A stretch of 63,212 nucleotides of DNA, the filler included, from Octopus bimaculoides (Eukaryota), in the NCBI RefSeq assembly GCF_001194135.2. It is 3 parts of 3 records of this genome, joined end to end, with 100 filler letters (N's around TTAATTAATTAA, not from the genome) between each part and the next. Parts side by side here need not be neighbours in the genome. Positions count along the whole stretch, not along the records: positions 13,104 to 34,692 come from NC_068984.1; positions 34,793 to 63,212 come from NC_069002.1; 1 more part is not named here. One strand, 5' to 3'. A program made the translations under genes and the position numbers. Below are positions 24,886 to 37,970 of this stretch, piece after piece. The notes under the pieces were generated by a model, which ran no database searches, was not told where the DNA came from, and saw nothing but the letters and a program-made list of their open reading frames with translations. How positions within the stretch are numbered: position 1 is the stretch's first letter; every line of letters begins with the position of its first letter.

Positions 24886-25469
24886 NNNNNNNNNNNNNNN
24901 NNNNNNNNNNNNNNNNNNNNNNNNNNNNNNNNNNNNNNNNNNNNNNNNNNNNNNNNNNNNNNNNNNNNNNNNNNNNNNNNNNNNNNNNNNNNNNNNNNNN
25001 NNNNNNNNNNNNNNNNNNNNNNNNNNNNNNNNNNNNNNNNNNNNNNNNNNNNNNNNNNNNNNNNNNNNNNNNNNNNNNNNNNNNNNNNNNNNNNNNNNNN
25101 NNNNNNNNNNNNNNNNNNNNNNNNNNNNNNNNNNNNNNNNNNNNNNNNNNNNNNNNNNNNNNNNNNNNNNNNNNNNNNNNNNNNNNNNNNNNNNNNNNNN
25201 NNNNNNNNNNNNNNNATTTCCTTTTTCTTGTCTCAAGTAATGGATGAAAGCATTAAAAAAAAAATAAAATTCATAGAGCCGAACAAAATCAAAAATATTA
25301 ATTCTATTTTTCCCTTCTCTTAATGCTAACAAGAGCATAATATGAGAGAGATTTGGCTGTTATTTCTAGCAAATGGAACAACCGCAGAGAGTTGTTCAAT
25401 TGGCTCATTTGTTAATATGCATATGTAAGCAAAAACTAAAAGACGCACACACACGCATACATATATGAA

Positions 25470-25670
25470 TGTAGCTGCGTTTGTCCCCCGCTACCATTGC
25501 TTGACAATTGACGTTGGTGTGTTTGTGTCCTTGTAATTTAGCTGTTCAGCGTAAGAGACAGATAGAATAAGCACTAGGCTTACAGGGGTCAATTTCTTCA
25601 CCTAAAGGGTGGTGCTCCAGCTTGGCTACCGTCAAATGACTGAAACAAGTAAAAGAATAAAAGAATACGA
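25470..25670 (+). mobile_element. SINE family C tail
   Basis: tttgtcccccgctaccattgcttgacaa..gatagaataagcactaggc..gtggtgctccagc..aaatgactgaaacaagtaaaag. Confidence 0.75.
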
Positions 25671-25844
25671 GAAAAACGTTCTGTACCACTAAACCAAGAG
25701 GGTTCTCTGAATATATACGATGTATTTTAAGGCTAAATAATAACACTGTTTACGTTTCCGCAACTGAGATATTTTGGTTATCGGTTTTATAGTTATCGGT
25801 TTTACCCTTCTTTCTATATTCTGTAAATGTCAGAATATACTTTT

Positions 25845-26055
25845 CTACTATAGGCACAAGTCCTGAAAATTTTTTTCGGGGACAGGGCCAGTCAATTAGA
25901 TCGACTCCAGGACGCCACTGGTACTTACTTAATTTATCGATCCCAAAAGGATGAAAGGTAAAGTCGACCTCGGGAGAATTTGAACTCAGAACGTAAAGAC
26001 TGACGAAATTCCGCTAAGCATTTCATCCGGCGTACTTACGATTTTGCCAGGTCAT
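25845..26055 (-). mobile_element. SINE family A copy
   Basis: gtacttacttaatttatcgatcccaaaaggatgaaaggtaaagtcgacctcgggagaatttgaactcagaacgtaaag. Confidence 0.8.
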
Positions 26056-28236
26056 GCTTTTAACTGTCACAATATAGAAACATTTCTCAAGGCACCAGCA
26101 CACAATTTACTTATGCTTACATTTTTATATTTTCCCCGAATTTTTCGCGGGTCCAGCTAGTTAATTTTTTTATTACAGCATCAACGCTGAGCAGTGATGA
26201 GAAATAAATGAACTTTTGATTAGATAAAATATATTTGTAATATATTTTAACTACTAAAAGCAAATTCACTGCAATTTCCATGAAGAAAAAAATTCTCTCT
26301 TATGCGGAAAGATGTAAAAATGCCATATCTACCAACTGGTTCCTACAGTCGGATTCCCAGACGGCCGTTTCTGGTTCTTTAGCTTTCCTTAATGGGAAAT
26401 AGCGAAGAGAGATAACCATGATCAGATTCGAAGCGGTAGTTTTAATTACAAAATCTTCGGCCGCCTGGTCGGAATAAATATAACAGCATATGTTTTTAGG
26501 CTTTTTGCAATAAAATAGATATTTTTACTGGTTACTATAACAATACCAGTCTGCAGATATCACTTTTATCCCCACCACATCTGAAAAACAACCTTTTTCT
26601 GGGAGGTGTATGTCAGTGTGAGCTCAAATGAAGTAATAGTGAGTTGTTAATATGTTTCCTTTAGAATCATGAGAATCCAGATTCAATATTTCTATGCGAC
26701 ACTTCTAATATGACCTAGGTTCACTACAACCCTTGTAAATGAAATTGGGCCAACAGAAGTTGAGGAAACTCGTCAGGTAAACTGGAGTCAGTCTTGTGAA
26801 GAGCAGTGTCACACAGACTATGTTTGAAATTTAGGTCAGGGGTGTCAGTGAGTGTGAGTGAAAGGATCAACAAATTACAACATAATACAATTAGTAATTC
26901 CATTGATTGAACTCACATAATATAGAAATGCAGACTGCAGGGCTCAAAGGGACGGGTACTATTAACTTTGATTCATGAACTAATATGTGGTATTGGATAT
27001 ACGACATAAGCAGAACCGTAAATCAAAAGGTAGGATTCTTGAAGAACTGTAACTAGAGATGAGTCTAATTTTTCTTTTATGACAATCTGCTTCCACTCTC
27101 AGAGAAGTTCCGAATAGTACAGCTTCACTACATGAACAAAATAACTGAATATATAATGTATGATTGTTTAACACCCGAACATTAAACAAAATAAGACTCT
27201 CAAATGTATCATGAGTATAGTATTGATTATCAGGTGGTGCACACAATAACAATGTGAAAATATAAAACAATTCGATATATATGAAATTTAAAACATATAC
27301 AAAGCAACAATGACCCCATGGTGTATTACGCTATTAAGTGCTCCCTTTGTAGTCATGTTTGAAACTACACAAGCAAGCAAAACTCCTCACCTCAGTTTCA
27401 GCAATGCGTACGCACAGTCGCTATTTGCAAAAATTCCGATCACTCTAAGTTAATAAGATGTTCGGTCTAATACTCTAAAACATCTTCAATGAACTGTTGA
27501 ATATTTCTCTTCTTACTGGAATTAACTCCGATCTGCACAGTAGCCGGAGAACGGCGACGTGATGGTTTTTGATGGGACACCTTTGTTGATGGCTATTAGG
27601 AAAATAGTTTTAAACTCCATCACTTCTTTGTGTTCCTCTCCATCGTCAGTGACGATCAGAAGAACTTTCGTACAGTTAGGTATATCTGAGCATATCTCTC
27701 CTATTTCATCTATAAGAAATCTCACCTCCCTTGCAATCTCGAAAGCAATTGACATTCGCAAGAATCCATCTTTAGTCTTCTCCAGCTTTTTTGCATATCT
27801 CTTCCATTCATCCCCCTAGAAACACCTATTTCCTGATACCTCTAATGTATTTTACTTCTCAAGTTGCAAAATAAACCTCTTGGACAACTTCCCATTGAAC
27901 TGCAACTATTTTGATCTCATTTTATGTCACGTTTATGTTGCAGACATTGATCTTAATCTTGAAAACTACATTAACTTTAGCGTTCTTGTCAGTTTAGGAC
28001 CCAAAACTTTACCTCTTTCCACTAACTTACAGAGAACAATAAATCATACGATTAATCAGCCTTGTTAAATCTGTGATTATAAAAATAGAAAACATTCTAT
28101 TAACAAAATAATTGAAAAGATAACAAAGAGAAAATTGGAAAGATAACCAAGAGTAAAATTTGACACATTTCCATAATAATTGTTATATTCTGCGCAAGCC
28201 TATCCTATTGATCCTCTTTTATATATGGATTTCTTG

Positions 28237-28520
28237 GTGCGTGGTTTTGTGGTTTTGGTGTTCGGCTCATGATCATAAGGTCATGAGTTCGATTCCTAGC
28301 TGCGCGTTGTGATCTTGGGCATGACAATTTATTACACGGTGTTCCAATCCACTCAGATGGCAAAAGTGAACGGCATCTGTATTTCAGCGGGCCAGCCTAA
28401 TCTCATTCTGTGTCACGTTGAATCCCTCTGAGGACTACATTAAGGGTACGCATTCTGTGGAGTGCTCTGCCAATTGCACGTGAATTTTACGAGCAGGCTG
28501 TTCCGTTGATCGTATCATAA
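28237..28520 (+). mobile_element. SINE sharing the family B tail but with a different tRNA-like head
   Basis: ttcggctcatgatcataaggtcatGAGTTCGATTCC head; tail actacattaagggtacgc..tgtggagtgctc..gagcaggctgttccgttgatc. Confidence 0.7.
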
Positions 28521-29576
28521 CTGACAGAGTACCTTTTTGTTCCCAGGAACGATTCACAGAAAACTCATTTGGAGGCAACATTACAGTTATTTTTGTCATA
28601 TTTCCCCTTTAACTTATTTACTTTAAGCTGCTATTGGTATATTTTATTTATTTTTGAATGCGTGACAGTTTGCAAGTTTCGGAACTCTCTAAAACTGGGA
28701 ACCGTTTACTCTTAAACTTGTCCAGCCTATAACACTTTTATAATATGGCATAGTCGTTAGTCCATTGGATAGAGCGCTTTGAGGTTGTACTTGTTCGGCA
28801 TATTGGTGTTCCGAGTCTATCGAGATAAAATTGCCCTTTATGCATTCAAAATCGATAGATAAGATAACAGTGAGATTCTGGGACTCGTTTTGCGTCCTTT
28901 TCTTCTCCCACTTCGCTTTCTTTTTCTCTCTCCACCGTTTTCTCTCTGGCCCTCAGAATCAGTTACATTGAAGTGACAGAAAAATAAGCGATCGTATCAT
29001 GGCCTATTTATTCTTTCACCACCACCACCACCACCACCATAACTCTGTAGATTCAATAATAGAGAAATAAACTGCAGCTTTATGATATAGTGACTACCAC
29101 TTTAATATCATATGCATTTATTTAAAAGACATATTCAGTAAGCTTAAATGGCTGACACCAGACTTCTGTTCACCTGAGATATACTTTCATTTATTTTGCA
29201 ATAAGATTTCCCATTGGCCATACTACTTTCATTGACATTTTCTAACGGTTTCGTGTTAGAAACTAACGCATCAAATAGTTCCCATGTTTTATTCACAAGA
29301 AAAATAAGCATTCATCATGAATATCATTACGAATATCAGTTTCTGTCTATGTTGCTATATATATTTTATAATTTCATATTTAAATTAAAACTTGTAAAAT
29401 TGCACTTGACGATTAGTCTATATATCACTAAAGTGGGTGAAAGGATGCAGGAGTGTTGATATGACATGAACACACATTCAAAGTGAAGGAAGAGAAAGAA
29501 AAAGGTGATTAGGATAATCACTCGCTACACGCATACATACATAAAGAGAGAGTTAGACATACATGCATACAGACAC

Positions 29577-29636
<60 letters not shown>

Positions 29637-30798
29637 GCTAATGTGTACCAACAAAGAGAACTATAACCGTCATTAAATATGACTGAAGGTATTATAAACT
29701 CCTACATGACTAAAAATAAGAGCTTAACGCTCTAATGCTACAGTCAAAGCACATGCTTCAATATTACATGCTGACAGGGACTGTAATCGCCCGAAAAGCC
29801 CCGGTCGAGATATCCTCAGACTGATCGGTCAGTTACAGCTTTCGCCGTAGCCTCTTCATTGGAATTGGCCCGACTCGGCTGATTCCAGACGACGATCACT
29901 CTCAGCCTATATGTATACACCATAGAAGTCTATAGATGATTTAGCGAATCTCTAATGTATAGATGATTTAACGAATCGCTAATGTGTATACAAATAATTT
30001 GTACCAAGAAGGAGAACTATAACCATCATTAAATATGACTGAAGGTGTTAAAAACACATAAGTTGCTAGAAATAAGGGCTAATCGCTCTAACTTTATATA
30101 AAGTCTAATGTGTCTCTAAGAAAACTTCGGGCTCTGAGCACATTGTTTGTTCTATTTGAAACGCAGGACGCTGGTACATGAAAAACCATGAGATAAAACG
30201 TGAAGACGGTGATGCATTAAGTGAAATAAGAAACTATGAGTAACTCCTCTCTTTATACTGTACAAATTAAATGATATGCATATATATATATATATATANN
30301 NNNNNNNNNNNNNNNNNNNNNNNNNNNNNNNNNNNNNNNNNNNNNNNNNNNNNNNNNNNNNNNNNNNNNNNNNNNNNNNNNNNNNNNNNNNNNNNNNNNN
30401 NNNNNNNNNNNNNNNNNNNNNNNNNNNNNNNNNNNNNNNNNNNNNNNNNNNNNNNNNNNNNNNNNNNNNNNNNNNNNNNNNNNNNNNNNNNNNNNNNNNN
30501 NNNNNNNNNNNNNNNNNNNNNNNNNNNNNNNNNNNNNNNNNNNNNNNNNNNNNNNNNNNNNNNNNNNNNNNNNNNNNNNNNNNNNNNNNNNNNNNNNNNN
30601 NNNNNNNNNNNNNNNNNNNNNNNNNNNNNNNNNNNNNNNNNNNNNNNNNNNNNNNNNNNNNNNNNNNNNNNNNNNNNNNNNNNNNNNNNNNNNNNNNNNN
30701 NNNNNNNNNNNNNNNNNNNNNNNNNNNNNNNNNNNNNNNNNNNNNNNNNNNNNNNNNNNNNNNNNNNNNNNNNNNNNNNNNNNNNNNNNNNNNNNNNN

Positions 30799-30831
<33 letters not shown>

Positions 30832-31149
30832 TATACTCACTCAAGTAGCAAAAAGTACAGTAAAAGACACAAGAGCAGTAACACTACACTAGTAACTCTC
30901 TATGTCGTTGCACAAACGTCTAGAAATAATAAACTCGCTCATATCACATTTCTCATTTATAAATTATGATTTATCTCTGAAAACAATTAAGTTTGAGAAT
31001 AAAACAGAGGGATATTTACGGCTGAAATCAGTTAATGATGAATATATTTATGGGATAAATCTGATCTGGATCTACACAATAATTACTGCAACATAATCTA
31101 TCCAGACATAGAGATTTATGTCATCAAACGCGCCTTATAATTCATTTAA

Positions 31150-31642
31150 TAATACAAATAATGTTACCCAGATATGCACCTATACATACAGGTGGATGTC
31201 GGTATGCACATACCTGTACGTATATATGCGCATACTCATTTACTATTTGTTTATATATATATATATGTATGTTTGTGTGTACGTGTGTGGGGGTATGTGT
31301 ACTTGTGTGTTTGCGTGTATGTTTGTGCGCGCGTGAATATATATGTATACATACATAATACATACATATAAACATACATACATGATGGCTTCCCCCTCGT
31401 TATCGATTATAGTCATTGCACGAGGCTTAACTATTAACGGTGGTGCAATCGAATGTGATTTTTGTAGCCCACATACAAACATGTTTCTATATATGTGTGT
31501 ATGTATTTGTGTGTGTGTGCGTGTGCGTGATCGTGCGTGTGTGCGTGCGTGCGTATGTATGTGTGTTTGTGTGTACGTGTATGTGTATGGGTAAGTGTAC
31601 TTGTCTGTGTTTGTGTGTCTGTGTGCGTATGTGTGTTTGCGC

Positions 31643-31703
<61 letters not shown>

Positions 31704-31850
31704 CGTACATACATACATATTTACATAAACGCATGCATGCATGCATATATACACACATACGTACTCACATACATACATGATACATACATACACACATACA
31801 TACACACATACATGCATGCATACATACATGCATACATACATAGGATGACA
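31150..31850. repeat. Degenerate (GT)/(TA)/(CATA)n low-complexity tract
   Basis: Read directly from the sequence. Confidence 0.9.
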
Positions 31851-31939
31851 CACATATTCTGCTGTAAATACCATAAACTTGTAGGAAGAGAGCATAGTTG
31901 TATAAATGAGTTAGTTGTATAGCTATTGGGAATCTGACA

Positions 31940-33140
31940 TAAACGTGGATTAGAATAACGTTTCGAACACTTGTCTTTCATCAGGATGATGTGGGAACAA
32001 AGTTTAATCAGAATAGAAGGAGAAATAACGTAGACGCTGGATGTTAAAATGCAAGCTGTTAGTGCGCAGGAGCTATGGACGAAAAGTATGGTTGCTGGTA
32101 GATGGAGTGAAGTATAAGAGAGCCGTTTTGAGAGAAAAGTGGACACAAGAGAAGAAAAGCAGTGATGAAGAAGAATGTTAGTGTGGATGTGAATGTAGGT
32201 GTTAATTGGCTCTATTGTAATTAACAAAGCAACGGTAGTGACATGTGGATATGGGGAGAGAAGATGGTGCTTCAAAGAGTCGATTGAAAAGAAGGAGTGC
32301 CATAGAATTAGGGAGTGTATGTGTAAAAGTGTATATGTGTGCATGAATGTGAAAATAGTAGGTGTATATATGTGTCTGAGCACCGGTGTGTGTGTATATA
32401 AAAGCTGTAAATGTTTTCAAATGATATGTATGTGAAGGAGGTGTAAAATCTAGCTGGCAGAGAAGGAGGTCGAGGTGATGGTGCGAGTGAGACTTTGGGT
32501 GAAAAGAAAAGAAGGGGCAAGGGGTAATTCTGCAGTAAGCGTTGGTAGAGGAAATGCAGATAAAACAAGTGAGGGTGAGTATTTAAAGAAGTTCTGAGAA
32601 AGAAATGGAACTACTGTTCTCTTTGGAATAGGGAGGTGATGTGGTACTGGAGGCGAATTCGTAGACTGAGTGGTATCAGGTGGAGTGGACGGCAGAGTGA
32701 AAATATCTAGCGGCAGGCGACCTGTTACTGTTTCACTTATTTCTGATTTAATCTGCGAGTGTCTCAGATAGTTGACGAGGGATTTATCTGATATAAATTG
32801 GTTTTCAAACGGATAATTGGAGCAAGTAATGAATTTGATAAGGATGCAACGGAAAGTATACCGAATGTAGAAGGTGTGGCGGTGAGGGTGGTGGTGTTAG
32901 AAAGAAAATGTAGGTGTGGCAACGGAGATCAGGGAGGGGGTCCGGAGGAAAGAACGCTGAACGAGGAGACTGCGTAGAATGAGAGCATTTTAAAATAGGG
33001 ATGTGGGAAACAGGAAAAGAGAGGTGGAATTGTAGAAGATGAAGAAAGAAAAGCGGTGAGTGAAGCTTCATACGCTAGATGTAAAGTTTGAAGTTCAGTC
33101 AGTGGCATGACTTCGAAAAAGGGTAGCTTGAACAACTTTT
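31940..33140 (-). mobile_element. Degraded pyrimidine-rich element, possibly a Penelope-like N-terminal region plus terminal motif
   Basis: One frame gives SLCRPLHLIPLSLRIRL, like PLE N-terminal C...LIP.GL. Hammerhead-like CTGATGA...GAAACGTTA at 31984-31956. Confidence 0.35.
31956..31984 (-). ncRNA. Hammerhead-like core motif
   Basis: CTGATGA-A-AGACAAGTGTTC-GAAAC-GTTA; canonical core but no clear helix I. Confidence 0.35.
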
Positions 33141-33980
33141 AGAAAAAGAAAAGTAATTTAATGATAAACAAAGTTTAGCAAGGGATGTCAACACTAGATA
33201 ATTTGAACAGACTTTAGGGTTAGGTCTTACGCTATAATATGTGTCTAGAGTTAAGTAATTAAGTTAGGATTTAGGTTTAGGTTATTTGGTGAAAGTGTGA
33301 GTCTTGTGGAAGAATTCAGACTTAGGATAGACGTTGAGTATTTAGGACTCAAGTTTGCGTTTAGAGTTAAATTTTGGGTTATGGTTTAGGATTATCGCAA
33401 GGATTCAGGATTAGGTCTGAAGTTTACGATGTGTTTAGGTTTAAATTTAGGCTTTAGTGATAGAATAATAATTAATGTCTTAAATTAGAATTAAAGGAAG
33501 AAAGGGATTGAAAAATATCAAATTCCTGCAACTTTTGTTGTTTTCAGAATCGTAATCACATCTGGTTAAGGTATTCTAAAGTAATTCCAAAAGAAAGTCA
33601 TAACTTAAACATAATTTCTCAAACTTTTTAAAACATTACCGTTATTTATCCCGTACAACGCCAAATACTTCGGCTAGTTACCCATAAAAAGATGTACGAT
33701 ATAATACAAAAACGTACATAATATCATAAAACGCATTTATATTATTGATAAACTCTATCTGTCTTCATATAACTCTCCTTGGATTTTACAATAAAGAGCG
33801 ATGGTGTGGTGAGGTCATTGGGTAATAAATCAGATTTATTAGTGTCGTAGTTGAATGTTAGATGACAACTCAGTGTATAAATAGAAGCAAGAAAGACGTT
33901 AATGTGGATTATTAGTAGTGCATAGCAATTCCAATAAATGTTAACTATTCTCATTATTGTTCTGTATCCATTGCATACTT

Positions 33981-34030
<50 letters not shown>

Positions 34031-34657
34031 GTGTGTGTCTGTGTGTACGTATCTATGTATATATTATTGCGGTATAAATTGGCTAGCTGTTGTAGAAACC
34101 ACTACGTAGCTGTTTAAGCGCTTGGAAATACCAGCTAAATACGTACACGCAATGCACAATATCATAATTTCTAATTTTTCATCACTCATACGCGTTTGCG
34201 ATGTCTTTATTAAAACTTCTTGACAAACGTGAATGAAGAAAGGTAACGAGTGAACCAATGAAAATCTATGTGAGCATAGTAGTCCAGAAGTTATTACGTG
34301 GACCATTCTGTTCTGCAAACAATAAAGAAGTGTACTGCAGATGGTACGTATATATGGCATTTATAGAGAGGTTGACACAGCCGTTGAGAAGAGAAACTTA
34401 TCTTTTGTTTCAAACATTATAATTCGTCTGCTTATCCATTAGTAAACAAGTAATCTTGGCATTCAAAATAGGAAGTTGCTACCCTTAGTAAGAAATTGTG
34501 TGTGGGTGTGTATACACACACACACACACACACATATATAAATATGTGTGTGTCTGTGTGTATGTATATATATATGATTACATACATATATAATACATAC
34601 ATGTGTGTGCAATATAAATATAACATATTTGCATACGTATGTATGTGAAAACCTATA

Positions 34658-34692
<35 letters not shown>

Positions 34693-34792
34693 NNNNNNNN
34701 NNNNNNNNNNNNNNNNNNNNNNNNNNNNNNNNNNNNTTAATTAATTAANNNNNNNNNNNNNNNNNNNNNNNNNNNNNNNNNNNNNNNNNNNN
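34693..34792. other. Artificial 100-bp scaffolding spacer (N44-TTAATTAATTAA-N44)
   Basis: Same structure as 13004-13103. Confidence 0.9.
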
Positions 34793-34814
34793 CTATCTAT
34801 CTCTCTCTCTCACA

Positions 34815-34985
34815 CACACACACACATATGTATATACGACTGGCTTCTTTCAGTTTCCGTCTACTAAATCCAATTACAAGGCTTTGGTCGACCCGAGGCA
34901 AATACAGAACACACTTGCCCAAGGTCCCACGTAGTGGAACTGAACTCGGAACCATGTGGTTGGGAAGCAAGCTTCTTACCACACA
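34815..34985 (-). mobile_element. SINE family C head
   Basis: cgactggcttctttcagtttccgtctac..acacttgcccaagg..ggaactgaactcggaaccatgtggttgggaagcaagc. Confidence 0.8.
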
Positions 34986-34991
34986 AACTAA

Positions 34992-35364
34992 GGAGGCGCA
35001 ATGGTCCAGTGGTTAGGGCAGCGGACTCGCAGTCGTGGGATCGCGGTTTCGATTCCCAGACCGGGCGTTGTGAGTGTTTACTGAGCGAAAACAGCTAAAG
35101 CTCTACGAGGCTCCGGCAGGGAGGTGGCGAACCCTGCTGTACTCTTTCACTACAACTTTCTCGTACTCTTCTTGTTTCTGTTGTACCTGTAATTCAAAGG
35201 GTCAGCCTTGTCACACACTGTGTCACACTGAATCTCCCCGAGAACTACGTTAAGGGTACACGTGTCTGTGGAGTGCTCAGCCACTTAGACGTTAATTTCA
35301 CGAGCAAGCTGTTCCGTTGATCGGATCAGCTGGGACCTTCGTCGTCGTAACCGACGGAGTGCCA
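34992..35364 (+). mobile_element. Full-length tRNA-derived SINE, family B
   Basis: Head ggaggcgcaaTGGTCCAGTGGttagggcagcggactcgc...GGTTTCGATTCCcagaccggg (Pol III A/B boxes); body and tail ending gtcgtcgtaaccgacggagtgcc. Confidence 0.9.
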
Positions 35365-35429
35365 TGATGCCTTCGTCTGTATATATATATATATGTATAC
35401 ATATGTGTGTGTGTGCATGTGTGTGTGTA

Positions 35430-35473
<44 letters not shown>

Positions 35474-36079
35474 TGCGTACTAGAAAAATTCCTGGTGTTG
35501 CTCAAGCTGAAAAATAGCTATAAATAGTCTAGATTTTTACTTAGTGAGACATAATCGGCTTAATAGTTCACAATTCAATATATCATGGAAAGTTTCCGTT
35601 CATTTAAGAAATGAATTTGCTTTCTACTACGCTTATAGCAGTCTCGTGACCCTGCACTAAGTTGCAGATACGCATTCGATATTAATAATACGTTTCGAAA
35701 ATTAATTGTGTAAATTACAATTTAATTTAAGCATTTTTAATAACACGGTATTAAAGTAAATGTGAAAACAGTCATATTTCACTTGAAACTATTATTGATA
35801 TTTGCCTTGTTTGTAATCTTGAAATTTATCAACTCTTAAAATAATTTGAAAAATGATTTGAAAACGGGGTGTCGGGAGGTAAATCTCTTTTTGTAATAAA
35901 ACCATTCTTATAACGACAGGAACCGAAGAACCCAGAAGAAAAGCGACACAATAAAAGACTGGAAGTGCAATACATGCTGTGTTAAAGAAATGTTAATAGT
36001 CAAAATGAATCCCAGTTTATTATGGATACAGGTTTCATGTAAGATATAAAACCTGTACCCATCATAGCTTCGACAATTC

Positions 36080-37000
36080 TGTATATTATTGTGCTAGTAA
36101 TTCAGGTTAAACAATGATTTGGGTTTTACAAGCAGAAGCATAAATAAATTATAGTAGCTTCCAACTCACAAGGCTTTGGTATCCTACAATGAAGAATTCC
36201 TCGAGCTGAGTTGCCAATGTTTGATCTTGGAATTTATTAACTGACATGACAAAGTTTATGCGTATTAGAAGTGGATATCTTCAAAAGTGAAAAAGGATCC
36301 ATTTGTTGGTATGAGTAGGTTTCAGGGTAAATTTGCATTCTTAATGACACCCACAGAGAATAATAGTCTCTATGATTGTGGTATAATTTTCTTAACCATT
36401 AATACTGAGCCTCTGCAAAGCTGTAGTTGATCTAAATCTGGCAGTAGAGTTATTGGGGATCCTTTTCTTTTAGTTTGCGTGATGGGAGATCCCAAAGGTT
36501 CTTAGAAATGTTAAAATCAAGTATTGTGAAATACTTCTTCCTGAATCGCAACAGTGTATATTTGATTTCTAAATATGGCTGATTCACGGGCGTGAATTTA
36601 ATATCTGTCTGTTGCTGTCAACAGCCCAGACTTTAGCGGTACACAAGTAATGGTGCAGGTTGAGGAGGACTTTCGATAACGAAATCCTCTGTGGCTTTAA
36701 CCGCCGCAATTATATAATTTGGCTCCGTTGCACCATTACTACCGGAATAAAATCCTCCTCTGTAACATTTAACGAATTTTTGGTGAAAAGGACTAGTCAG
36801 CCGATTTCCAACTGTAGAAAGTTTGTAGATTTAAACTTTAGTTAAACGAAATGACGATTTAAAGTAAACACGAATTCCATAGGCTTTTGTTGAGCCTGTC
36901 GATGATGTCTGCAGATTTCATCTGTATAACCCATTTCCGTACCAGGTTCATCTGTTGAATATGATGCTTGGAATTTTCGGAAATATCATAGCGATAACTG
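36080..37000 (-). mobile_element. Degraded Helitron PIF1-like helicase C-terminal region
   Basis: KGSPITLLPDLDQLQLCRGSVLMVKKII..IETIILCG (~36470-36370) and RYPLLIRINFVMSVNKFQDQTL (~36280-36216) match the helicase K.G.PIMLLRNL..LCNGTRL and QFP.RL.FAMTINKSQGQTL motifs. Confidence 0.75.
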
Positions 37001-37099
37001 AGCCAAAGCTAAAGCGGATTTAGTGGTTCACACTATTTTAAGAGCACGGTGAAAAGAATCCTACGACACTTGGCTGTTTGAGACAGAAAAGCTTCTGAT

Positions 37100-37734
37100 G
37101 GTTATCTCCTACTGGACATTGTTCTCCATCACTGCCTTTCTCAACATCTCAGATATTGCAGTGTATTAGATTACAATCGAAAGAATTCGGGGCCAGAAAT
37201 TGGGGCTGGTGATGTGGTTGAAATTCTCGAACGACCACTTTTCACTCTCACTAGAGGTATGGCTTGGTACCGAATCCTACTGTCACATATATTGTCTTCC
37301 AGCCGCAACCCTCTCCAGCCAGGATTTGCCCACTGTCTCCATCAACTTCACATAACCGTCTAAATTGAACTAAAGACTCTTTTCATCAGACGCTGGATGA
37401 ATGCTGGCGTGCGAACGCAGCCAGAACTCCTGTTGTGCCTCTTCCTGCTGGCCACAGCTTCGTAGTAGCTATGTCACACCTTACAGCCTTTACAGTGTTC
37501 ACAGAGCATTGAACAACGGTCATAATGTTGACATTTTGATACCCAGCGCCGATCATTATGAAACAGATTACCCTCTTTTAGTATTCAGATGGCTTCCAGT
37601 CCTCCATGTCAGCTAATTTTTTCTCAGCTACTACTCTAACCTTTATGTTCTCCAAAGGCATTGACTGTTCACCGATACATCAAGCTGTTCTTGAAAGAAA
37701 TAAACATAAATACCTTGAAATTTAGCCCGAACAC

Positions 37735-37738
<4 letters not shown>
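37100..37738 (-). mobile_element. Internally deleted Tc1/mariner-superfamily DNA transposon
   Basis: Terminal CAGGGTGTTCGGGCTAAATT at 37738; N-terminal ..QCSVNTVKAVR..YEAVASRKRH..CVRTPAFI; then LDGYVKLMETV.KSWLERVAAGRQY..QDSVPSHT..W.FENF....NFWPPNS. Confidence 0.8.
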
Positions 37739-37809
<71 letters not shown>

Positions 37810-37812
<3 letters not shown>

Positions 37813-37970
37813 CTTGTCCTCCCACCTTGTGCTTATTCTACCGGCAAAAGAGACTGATAGAATAAGTACCAAGAGTAAAAAGTACTGGGGGTCGATTCGT
37901 TCGACCAAAACCCTTCAAGGTGGTGCCACGGCATGGGCGCAGTCCAATGATTGAAAGAAGTCAAAGATAA
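37810..37970 (+). mobile_element. SINE family C tail
   Basis: accggcaaaagagactgatagaataagtacc..ggggtcgattcgttcgac..gtggtgccacggcatgg. Confidence 0.7.

Noticed and set aside
27400-28050. 79-aa minus-strand ORF with purine-rich, LINE-like flavour
   Set aside because: Probably old TE sequence, but I found no diagnostic motif, so it is left uncalled.
34992-35070. tRNA-like sequences with A and B boxes (also 18560-18628, 14915-14980, 39281-39350)
   Set aside because: They run into shared SINE bodies, lack a proper acceptor-stem end and vary between copies: SINE heads, not tRNA genes.
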